Part shown: positions 7,804-15,604 of the stretch, piece after piece | Numbering within the stretch: the first letter of the stretch is position 1 | How the letters are laid out: the number at the start of each line of letters is the position of its first letter | DNA from: Candidatus Saccharimonadota bacterium | Lineage (GTDB): Bacteria > Bacteroidota > Bacteroidia > Cytophagales > Amoebophilaceae | Assembly: GCF_964030745.1 (NCBI RefSeq) | Contig: NZ_OZ034918.1 | Coordinates: 960,001-992,000, forward strand | Length of the DNA: 32,000 nt | Direction: 5' to 3' | The notes under the pieces: model-generated | What the model was told of the DNA's origin: nothing | The model's database searches: none | Seen by the model: only the letters and a program-made list of their open reading frames with translations | Program-made: the position numbers and the translations under genes

Positions 7804-9321
7804 TTATGGTGTTTTGGGTGCTTGTTTGATATTGATAACTAGCTTAGCTATTGTGCTATTTAACTTCTCCTGATACCTCTTATGCGTCTCTTCATGTGTT
7901 GTTATGCTTTGCGTTAATTTTGGAGTAAATATTTTTATAGCCTGATCGGTGGTTTTGAAGCCATCCTGTTTTAGATTATACACCAGAAGCAGATCTTCTG
8001 GCTCTTTAAGATAACCGTAACCGAAAGCGCATTTAGCTATATCATTCGCATAGGCCTGCTCTATCTGTAATAGATTTCTTAATTCTGTGTTAGAAATCAA
8101 TGTAGAATTCTTGCCTTTTAGGGCATCGTTAACCAACTGCTTTACACATGCTATAATATAAGGCGGTTGATTGGGCTGCTTAGTATATAGATCAAACAGC
8201 CTCCCCTGCTCTTCATCGGTCAATTTATTATACCACCCTTTGATATGCTCTATATATTGCTTGCAGTAATCTATGAATTGTATAATATGAGTATTCTTAG
8301 ACTCCATTAAGACTATTGGGTTGCATGCCTGCTTTATTCTAAGTACTACCTCCTTCTCGGGGGATAACTGCTGTTTCGTGTTGAGCTCACTATTTGTTTC
8401 CGTTACGGCTTCATTGATGCGTTCGTTTACCGACTTTTTTAGCTCATCCATAGGGTAATTTTCTGTTCCAGCGAACATTTTTTCTGTTCGCTTTTTCTTC
8501 TCTTCTTCCCTTTGTTCCAATTCCTCCAATCTTTGGTTGGTTTTGTACAGATCATAGTCTTTAAAACCTGTTATTAAACTGATAATGTCTTTCTGGTAAT
8601 TTATTACACGTTGCTTGAATGTATCTTCAATTAGGCTCCTGCTCTTCTCTATATCATTAGCATTTAGAATCAAACTACTACATTTCAGCTCGCGATTTGT
8701 AACCATGTCTGCTATTAGGTTATTAAACTTCTCCCTTGTAGGAGGGAGCCAGTTAACTTGTAGTTCATTGCATTGGTTGTGAAGAACTGTTAATACCTTG
8801 TCGCCATTGTTTTCCGGCTTATATTCGTTCTCTAGGTAATCAGTTATCTGACGAAGTTCCTCAAAGGGCAATTCAAGCAGCAAAGCTTTAGAATGATCTT
8901 TAGCCTTATTAAGATAATCTGCTATATCCTGTATACCCCCTTGTTGTTCTAGGAAACTTTTAAGGTCATTATACTCCGCATGTTCTGTTGTTGTTAGCTG
9001 CTTACAGAACCAATCTATTACACCGTTCTTAGTAACAAGAATATTTGTTACTTTTTCATTCCATACTGTTTCAAACCGCTGTCTCAATTCCTCTAATGCT
9101 ACGTCTTCCTTATTTTCTTTTACTTCTTGTATGGGGGATGCTTCCGGATTATTGTTCTTCTCCTCTTCCGGATCACTTTTCTTCTCCTCGTTCAGGGTCT
9201 CTTTGGGCTTGGAGTATATATGTGCTATGCTCTTAACTGGCTCCTTCTTGCTACAGTTGTTAGCAGTCATGGTTACTACTGTCATCAAATAAACTAAGAG
9301 CGATTTGTAGGAATATTGCAT
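7804..9321 (-). CDS. orphan lipoprotein, paralog family member 2 (505 aa)
   Basis: The N-terminus MQYSYKSLLVYLMTVVTMTANNC and the linker KPKETLNEEKKSDPEEEKNNNP are near-identical to member 1. The same holds at DNA level, including about 70 nt upstream. It carries a diverged module, LLLELPFEELRQITDYLE. Confidence 0.7.
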   Translation of the reverse strand: MQYSYKSLLVYLMTVVTMTANNCSKKEPVKSIAHIYSKPKETLNEEKKSDPEEEKNNNPEASPIQEVKENKEDVALEELRQRFETVWNEKVTNILVTKNGVIDWFCKQLTTTEHAEYNDLKSFLEQQGGIQDIADYLNKAKDHSKALLLELPFEELRQITDYLENEYKPENNGDKVLTVLHNQCNELQVNWLPPTREKFNNLIADMVTNRELKCSSLILNANDIEKSRSLIEDTFKQRVINYQKDIISLITGFKDYDLYKTNQRLEELEQREEEKKKRTEKMFAGTENYPMDELKKSVNERINEAVTETNSELNTKQQLSPEKEVVLRIKQACNPIVLMESKNTHIIQFIDYCKQYIEHIKGWYNKLTDEEQGRLFDLYTKQPNQPPYIIACVKQLVNDALKGKNSTLISNTELRNLLQIEQAYANDIAKCAFGYGYLKEPEDLLLVYNLKQDGFKTTDQAIKIFTPKLTQSITTHEETHKRYQEKLNSTIAKLVINIKQAPKTP

Positions 9322-9559
9322 ATAATTTTATATTTTAAATTTAAAAGCCTAATGTTGTTAAAAACTGTTATTGGCTTATAAAAAAATTTTTGTTCAACCT
9401 TTTGGTTGCTTTGCCTTACAAGCAAAGTAAAATGACCACTGGCAATAAAGTGGCGCAGGTAACTTATGCCCTATCCAATTCAACAAAAAAGATTAGGCAA
9501 ATTTATAAAAATTAATAGAAAATACCTATTATATAGCTGATTTTCTTCGCGCAAGTGGG

Positions 9560-10033
9560 GTATCTATTCACGTCACTGGTTAATAATGAATTTTATCCTT
9601 TATAAAAAAAGTGGGCAAAAAATCAAGCCCTCGGTAAAAAGCTGGGGCATTTTTCTGCTATGGCCATAGCGTTGAGCGCATACGCTACGTTTGGCTGAAA
9701 AAGCAAGTGGCTAATCCATTACCAGCCGCAGCGTCTCCTTCGATAAAAAAATGGCGCTCTAGTAAAACACTGACACCTGAGCGATATATTTTTCAGCCCC
9801 CACCCACACCGCGGGTTATACCCAACAGTGTGGGTTATACCCAAAAAAGAAACTTCATAGAATATAGAATGAAGTTTCTTAGAAGCGGATTAGAAAATCG
9901 TCTGTTTGAAGCCCGCTTGCGGGCTGAGTTCACGATTTTCCCGCTGAAAAAGATATCGATTCAGCTATTTACTATCGGGCCAGACTTTTTATCGAAGGAG
10001 ATCAGGGGCCCAGCCACAGGCCTGAATAGATAC
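9560..10033 (+). mobile_element. composite MITE (module D + module A) carrying an 89-bp nested insert
   Basis: It is bounded by the inverted ends gtatctattcacg ... ctgaatagatac and is collinear with 11659-12197 apart from the nested inserts. No target duplication is detectable. Confidence 0.85.
9798..9886. mobile_element. small nested insert interrupting the hairpin core of the host MITE
   Basis: The canonical tttttcagc|ggattagaaaatcg is split by 89 bp. The insert contains the direct repeat gggttataccc(a) x2, the inverted cccacac/gtgtggg, and the hairpin agaaacttcat-agaatataga-atgaagtttct. Confidence 0.65.
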
Positions 10034-10061
10034 TTTTAAAGTACTACAGTTGGTTGAGTAG

Positions 10062-11339
10062 CTATTGCTGAATTTTGTTCAATTCATTTTCCCATTGTTT
10101 TAGCTTGCCTTGTATGCTGTTTGTGTCGTAACTATTAAGCTTGCTTTCTAGTGCATTTTGGAATTCTTTTGGTGTTTGTGCTAGAATTGTTTGCCTCCTC
10201 ATATAGGTAGCAAGCAGTTCCCACCTCTTTTTTAGCGCTTCTATTTGCATATATAAAAATGTCTTTTCTTTAGGTTCAGTAGAGGCTATATTTATTTTTG
10301 CACAATTGATTTCTAGTATCACACGGTTATGGTTCGGCGTAGATGCAGCGCAAGTTTCCAGTAAAGCAATCAGCCCTTCTAATTCGTTAGCAGGTAATCT
10401 AAGACACCAATCTTGAAGACTCTCTAGATAGGCAGTATAATAATCCGCTAGTTGCTGATAACCATCTAGTGATATATGGTATGCCTTGTATGCTTCATTG
10501 AATCCTGGCAGCTTATTTATGATCTCTTTGATGGTACGCATGACATCATCCTTATAGTTATAACCAATTTTTACATTGCTATTGTATACCATTTTGAACT
10601 TTTCCTGCAGTGGCTTTTGGAGTGCTTCGCTTAAATCTTTTATGCGCTTGTTGTCACCTTCAATATACTGTTGGTTTACCGCTGTTATTGATTGGTGAAA
10701 TTCTTGTGGTATTTCCTTTAGGGTTGCTGGATTGTTCCTGCAAGCAATAAGGAGCGGCACTCTGTCTTTTTCGTATTGATACCATACCTTTCGCAACTCT
10801 TGCCTTATATCGTCTCCAATTTCTTGCTGCAATTTCTGCAATTCCTGCAACTCCTGGCTGATATCGTATTCGGTTGATTGCGGTCCAATAAGATACCCAC
10901 TTAGAAAGTTTTTTAATCCACGCTCACCCTTTTCTATGCTAGCAACCACTAGCTCCAATTGCTTATAGGGCAATCTAAGGCACCATTCCTTGAACTGCTG
11001 TAGAAAAAGCCCATATAGTTCTACTAGTTGTGTTACCTCAGGGAGATTATTCTTAAGGATAAGACCGCATAATTGGTTGCGCAATTGATTTTGCCGTTCT
11101 ATGGATAATTTGGGTATGGTTACCATATATTCAGTTAGGATATTTAGTATGTTCTGTTGAGTATTAGTCATTTTTTGTTCCCATAGAACTTTGACCTTTT
11201 CCTGTGCTAGATGCTGTTGTGCAGCTTCGCTTGGGTTACTTTCTGCAATTTCCATGGATGAAGTTTCATCTCCATCTTTACAACTTGTAAATAAGATTGT
11301 GGACAAACAGAGCACAGTCGCTGTATAAGAATGTTTCAT
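10062..11339 (-). CDS. orphan lipoprotein, paralog family member 3 (425 aa, internally duplicated)
   Basis: Signal peptide MKHSYTATVLCLSTILFTSC followed by KDGDE. The family module occurs twice (EWCLRLPYKQLELVV and DWCLRLPANELEGLI). The C-terminal RWELLATYM..TPKEFQNALESKL resembles member 1. Confidence 0.7.
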   Translation of the reverse strand: MKHSYTATVLCLSTILFTSCKDGDETSSMEIAESNPSEAAQQHLAQEKVKVLWEQKMTNTQQNILNILTEYMVTIPKLSIERQNQLRNQLCGLILKNNLPEVTQLVELYGLFLQQFKEWCLRLPYKQLELVVASIEKGERGLKNFLSGYLIGPQSTEYDISQELQELQKLQQEIGDDIRQELRKVWYQYEKDRVPLLIACRNNPATLKEIPQEFHQSITAVNQQYIEGDNKRIKDLSEALQKPLQEKFKMVYNSNVKIGYNYKDDVMRTIKEIINKLPGFNEAYKAYHISLDGYQQLADYYTAYLESLQDWCLRLPANELEGLIALLETCAASTPNHNRVILEINCAKINIASTEPKEKTFLYMQIEALKKRWELLATYMRRQTILAQTPKEFQNALESKLNSYDTNSIQGKLKQWENELNKIQQ

Positions 11340-11516
11340 ATAATTTTATAATATCAAAAAAGCTAACATAGATACTACTGTAGAGGTGGTTATTGCTTTA
11401 TTTAAAAAAATGCATGAGCATGCACTACTATATAATTAGCTTCTTTTTGATCATATTTGATGCAAACAAAAGACATGATCGGCGATTCCTTAAGCTAAGG
11501 CTCCGACAAATTTATA

Positions 11517-11554
11517 AAAAAATGCATAGAAGATATATCTTCTATGCATTTTTT
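11517..11554. terminator. perfect 38-bp palindrome with A-tract/T-tract arms (bidirectional terminator-like hairpin)
   Basis: aaaaaatgcatagaagata|tatcttctatgcatttttt. It lies between the MITE at 11659 and the start of paralog 3 (11339). Confidence 0.5.
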
Positions 11555-11658
11555 CGATCTGATACTGATCTTTTTGAGTACTTATCGATTATATGTAGCT
11601 TTATACACTATAAAAATCAAGCAAGTTACCAAGCTGATTGCATAAGCTGTAATAATTC

Positions 11659-12197
11659 GTATCTATTCACGTAACTGGTTAATAATGAATTGTATTTCAC
11701 TTTATTCTTGATAAAAAAGTGGACAAAAAATCAAGTTCTGGGCAAAAAGTTGGGGCATTTTACTGCTATGGCCTTAGCGTTAAACGCATACGCTACGTTT
11801 GGCTGAAAAAGCAAGTGGCTAATCCATTGCCAGCCGCCGCGTCTCCTGCGATAAAAAAATGGCGCTCTAGTAGACCTCTTGCAAAACCTACTTTGTGATG
11901 AGCAATTTTTAGGAGAAGTGTAGTCGAGCACCGCAGAATACTTAATGTATTTGAGGAGCATAGACAAGCTTCGACACCAAAATTGCCATTAGAAATAGGT
12001 TTGCAAGAGGTCTAGTAAAACACTAACTCCTGAGCGATATCTTTTTCAGCGGATTAGAAAATCGTCTGTTTGAAGCCCGCTTGCGGGCTGAGTTCACGAT
12101 TTTCCCGCTGAAAAATATATCGATTCAGCTATTTACTATCGGGCCAGACTTTTTATCGAAGGAGATAAGGCGGCCAGCCAGAGGCATGAATAGATAC
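11659..12197 (+). mobile_element. composite MITE (module D + module A) with a nested MITE-B and a perfect 8-bp target-site duplication
   Basis: The ends are gtatctattcacg ... catgaatagatac. The direct repeat aataattc lies immediately outside both ends (11651-11658 and 12198-12205). Confidence 0.92.
11873..12012 (-). mobile_element. MITE-B nested in the composite MITE
   Basis: gacctcttgcaaaacc ... ggtttgcaagaggtc. It is flanked by the direct repeat TAGTA (11868-11872 and 12013-12017). The uninterrupted host sequence gcgctcTAGTAaaacac is seen in copies at 9765, 24510 and 24825. Confidence 0.92.
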
Positions 12198-12573
12198 AAT
12201 AATTCGATGGTTTTGTCTTAGCTATGTTAGCTAGCATCAGTGATCGATACTACATACGCTCCAATAGAGAAAGTGCTTTTGGGGGAAGAATGTAGCAAAG
12301 CTTGCACTACAACAAATTCAAGCCCAAGCCTACCATATGGAGTTATTGAATTACCCTTATATAGATGAAGTAGTGGAATGCGGTGTTGCCTTTTCAGAGA
12401 AATCGGTTGTAGCGGCTTACGCTACTTATGACCTGCTTCATAAGCAGGCTGGAGTGATTATGTTAACTGCTCAATATAGCCAGGAAGAGTGGGAGGAGTA
12501 AATCCATATGTTCTAATTGATTCTATGTTGATCAGAAAGTCAGCCTGGCTGACGTGTAGTTCGGATCGATTTT

Positions 12574-13125
12574 CTATTGAATTTTTTTCATCATTCTGTC
12601 TATGGCTTTGTTTAGCATTGTCTTTTTGGCCTTCTTACGCACTTCTTCACGGTCTTTCTCTGGCATTTCCAGAGGAAATATTGTTAGGAGATCTTCTTGC
12701 ATTTCCTCTGGAAATCCCTCTAAGCTTCCTGGTTGTCGTATCCACTTAGCAAAATATTGCCAAAGTATCTCAACTAGTTTAACTTGGCATTTAACCGGTT
12801 CTTCTATGTTGTTAACATATGAATCATCAGCTTGCCGCCGCTCGTTGCGCTTCTGATTGCACTTATTATATAGTTCTATTAAAAACTCTTTATTGCTTTC
12901 GAAAAACTTCTCTGCTACTTGACGCCACTGCTGATCTTCTTTTTCTTTGAAACACTCTACGATTGTTGATTGTAGTTCCTGTAGCTTCTCTTCGTTACTA
13001 TGAGTTTCACTTTGTGCATCCTGCTGCTTATCAATATGATTAGTGCCAACTGCACACCTAGCTCCCATACATGTTACGAGACACAATAAGGTGGCTTTAT
13101 AGAAATATTGTATGCGACTTTTCAT
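12574..13125 (-). CDS. orphan lipoprotein, short and distant paralog family member 4 (183 aa)
   Basis: The signal peptide ..QYFYKATLLCLVTCMGARC is homologous to those of members 1-3. The body is rich in K/E/Q, and ILWQYFAKW..FPEEMQEDL resembles the C-terminal module of the family. Confidence 0.55.
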   Translation of the reverse strand: MKSRIQYFYKATLLCLVTCMGARCAVGTNHIDKQQDAQSETHSNEEKLQELQSTIVECFKEKEDQQWRQVAEKFFESNKEFLIELYNKCNQKRNERRQADDSYVNNIEEPVKCQVKLVEILWQYFAKWIRQPGSLEGFPEEMQEDLLTIFPLEMPEKDREEVRKKAKKTMLNKAIDRMMKKIQ

Positions 13126-13246
13126 TTTTTATTTTTGACTATTATGTTTCAACAATAGTTAAAAATTTTATAAAAGGCAATTGCTAGTAAGTGCACGTTC
13201 AATGGCGTTAACTTAAGGAATTTGTCTTATTTTTACCTGATTATAA

Positions 13247-13805
13247 GTATCTATTCACGCTTGTGTCTGTGCCCCTTATCTCCTTCGATAAAAAGTCTGG
13301 CCCGATAGTAAATAGCTGAATCGATATCTTTTTCAGCGGGAAAATCGTGAACTCAGCCCGCAAGCGGGCTTCAAACAGACGATTTTCTAATCCGCTGAAA
13401 AAGATATCGCTCAACTGTTAGCGTTTTACTAGAGCGCCATTTTTTATCGAAGGAGACGCGGGGCTGGTAATGATAAGAAAAGCTATTGTGGCCGCCGATA
13501 AAGGAATGCGGCGCTTCAGTAAAGCGGAAGTCTTTAAACAATCTATTGTTCAGCGGATTAGAAAAACAGCCTGTTTGCAGCCCACGAAGTGGGCAAGTTC
13601 TGTTTTTCCCGCTGAACAATAGATTGTTTCATTGCCTTTACTGCGCGCCAAATCTTTTATCGGTGGCCATAAGTGCTGCGTATACCAATACTCCATGTAA
13701 AAAATGCTGTTCTATTTAATAGTCAATAATATTTATCTCTTAAGCCCGCGCCATTGAGTGCACGTTCAATACCTTTACTGCGCGCCCAATCTCTTATCGC
13801 CAGTC
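13247..13805 (-). mobile_element. composite MITE (module A + arm C, reverse orientation) with a nested MITE-E and a rearranged distal end
   Basis: It starts with gtatctattcacgc. The A arm is near-identical to 1-187. Arm C is interrupted at 13496-13651. A partial re-duplication (cctttactgcgcgcc.aatct.ttatcg) lies at 13771-13800. Confidence 0.8.
13496..13651. mobile_element. MITE-E, a ~156-bp element nested in arm C
   Basis: It splits the canonical gtggccgc|attcctttatcggtggcc. Its imperfect TIRs are ggcgcttcagtaaagc / gctttactgcgcgcc-like. Its central hairpin, ttgttcagcggattagaaaaacagcctgtttgcagcccacgaagtgggcaagttctgtttttcccgctgaacaa, is related to the MITE-A core. Confidence 0.7.
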
Positions 13806-13948
13806 ATACACGGGGAGGTATATGGACTACCCATATTTCAAAATAGCAGGTTAAGCTGAAATAAATTCATTATTTTGCACCATTTATTTCAAGATACCGC
13901 TCTATACTGAATAAGTTATTTAGCCAAATTACCCAAGCAACAAAGATC

Positions 13949-15073
13949 ATGCGCACAATAGGTATATATCAGTCATTGGGCGGCCTAGATTATTTTATGC
14001 CCCATCCATTGCCACCTAAAGATCCGCCCCTAACATTTGATGCAGCTATCATGGTGTTATATGGGGAGGCTAGTTTTGCCTTAGGGCAACTCAATGAAAT
14101 GAGTCAGCGTTTGCCCGATATCAATCGATTTATAAAAGCTTATGTCATCAAGGAGGCACTCTTGTCTTCTGCTATTGAGGGGATTCATACTACATTTATA
14201 GATGTCTTAACCCATTCTTTAAATCCATCACAGCCAGACAAGAATGTTCAACTTGTGCTGAACTATACCAAAGCTTTGGATAAGGCATTAACGATGTTAA
14301 CCAAGGAAGGGTTCCCGTTGGCTACTCGGGTTATTTTGGCTGCACATAGGCTGCTGCTCTCCAACGGAGAGGGAGATAAAGCTGCTCCAGGTTGCTACCG
14401 TAAGCAAGCAGTACAGGTTGGCAGTCTGATTCCACCAATTGCCTCAGAAGTGCCCAATCTTATGGCTGCGTTAGAAGCGTATATCCATGAAGTCGATGGC
14501 ATACCAGCGCTTATTAAAGCAGGGTTGGTTCATGTACAATTTGAAATGATTCACCCCTTTTTAGATGGAAATGGACGAATAGGAAGATTATTGATTGTAT
14601 TGATGTTAATGGATCAAGATCTCCTACATTTACCTATTCTCTATCCTTCCTATTATTTTAAAAAATACCATTTGGACTACTACCAAAAGTTAGATCGAGT
14701 GCGAACAGCTGGTGATTTTGAAGGTTGGATGGTCTTTTATTTAAAAGCTATAAGAGATAGTGCCAGAGATGGCTATACAAGAGCCAAGGCAATAGAGCAA
14801 TTGGAAATCAGCTTACAAAAGACTATTCAACAAGATGCAAGATTTGTAAAAATCAGAGAAACAGCAGCTACTGTTTTAAACTTTTTGTTTATACAACCTA
14901 TTACTACGATTGTTGAAATGAGCCAAGCTACAGATAAAGCATACAACACAATCAGTAATATATTTAAGCCATTTGTCGCATTGGGTATTCTAGTGGAAGA
15001 AACCGTGTATAAAAGGAATAAAATCTATCGCTTTCAACCCTATCTTACACTTTTGGAAAAAGAATATGTCTAG
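13949..15073 (+). CDS. Fic family protein (predicted AMP transferase with N-terminal auto-inhibitory motif and a C-terminal extension, possibly a winged helix)
   Basis: The canonical Fic motif HPFLDGNGRIGR (HxFx[DE]GNGRxxR) lies at 14552-14587. An upstream [ST]xxxE[GN] inhibitory motif, SSAIEG, lies at 14165-14182. The length of about 374 aa is typical of Fic_N + Fic + wHTH proteins. Confidence 0.9.
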   Translation: MRTIGIYQSLGGLDYFMPHPLPPKDPPLTFDAAIMVLYGEASFALGQLNEMSQRLPDINRFIKAYVIKEALLSSAIEGIHTTFIDVLTHSLNPSQPDKNVQLVLNYTKALDKALTMLTKEGFPLATRVILAAHRLLLSNGEGDKAAPGCYRKQAVQVGSLIPPIASEVPNLMAALEAYIHEVDGIPALIKAGLVHVQFEMIHPFLDGNGRIGRLLIVLMLMDQDLLHLPILYPSYYFKKYHLDYYQKLDRVRTAGDFEGWMVFYLKAIRDSARDGYTRAKAIEQLEISLQKTIQQDARFVKIRETAATVLNFLFIQPITTIVEMSQATDKAYNTISNIFKPFVALGILVEETVYKRNKIYRFQPYLTLLEKEYV

Positions 15074-15087
15074 TTTATGATTTAAGT

Positions 15088-15146
15088 GAGCATAGACCAG
15101 CTTCGATACCAGCATGGCTATTATGAAATGGGTTTTGAAAAAGGTC
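15088..15146 (-). repeat. half copy of MITE-B between the Fic gene and mscL
   Basis: gagcatagaccagcttcgatacc..ttgaaaaaggtc aligns with the second half of the 11873-12012 copy, about 75% identical by eye. Confidence 0.6.
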
Positions 15147-15229
15147 TAATGTTGTATCTATGATGCAATACCACTATATTCCATCTAGTTGGTTGAAAGT
15201 GACATAATCACACTAATTGTAATCGGGTC

Positions 15230-15589
15230 ATGAGCTTTATAAAAGAATTTAAAAAATTTGCTATGAGGGGCAATGTAGTAGATTTATCTGTAGGGGTTAT
15301 TATGGGTGGTGCATTTGGTAAGATTGTTACTTCTATAGTAGAAGATTTGGTTATGCCTATGATCAATCCATTATTGATAACCGAGCGGAATTGGCAATCC
15401 ATACAAATTGGTCCTGGTATTAAAATTGGCCATTTTGTTGCAGCTGTGCTCAACTTTTTAGTAATTAGCTTGATCATATTTGCCATGATACGGCTCATAC
15501 ATAGACTGAAAAAATCAGAGGCAAAAGCTGAAGTTCCTACCGTTACTGAAAAGCTTTTGATAGAGATAAGGGATGCACTAAAAAAATAG
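15230..15589 (+). CDS. mscL: large-conductance mechanosensitive channel
   Basis: 119 aa. MSFIKEFKKFAMRGNVVDLSVGVIMGGAFGKIV is the MscL N-terminus and TM1 signature. A second TM segment and a charged C-terminus follow. Confidence 0.9.
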   Translation: MSFIKEFKKFAMRGNVVDLSVGVIMGGAFGKIVTSIVEDLVMPMINPLLITERNWQSIQIGPGIKIGHFVAAVLNFLVISLIIFAMIRLIHRLKKSEAKAEVPTVTEKLLIEIRDALKK

Positions 15590-15604
15590 TAGGAGATAAC
15601 ATTC

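Noticed and set aside
11393-11674. 93-aa ORF in the spacer upstream of paralog 3.
   Set aside because: The region is AT-rich and intergenic, the frame runs across the 38-bp palindrome, and the low-complexity K/R/F/I translation makes it unlikely to be coding.
12268-12501. This is an open frame on the plus strand with no stop from 12268. The first ATG is at 12337, giving a 54-aa ORF: MELLNYPYIDEVVECGVAFSEKSVVAAYATYDLLHKQAGVIMLTAQYSQEEWEE.
   Set aside because: It could be the C-terminal remnant of a gene destroyed by the adjacent MITE insertion, or a small protein. I recognise no family, and it is short and lacks a convincing start. It is worth a TBLASTN search but I do not call it.
12539-12553. 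Short hairpin gtcagcc-t-ggctgac just downstream of paralog 4.
   Set aside because: The stem is 7 bp at most with almost no loop, and the following T-tract on the relevant strand is weak. That is not enough for a terminator call.
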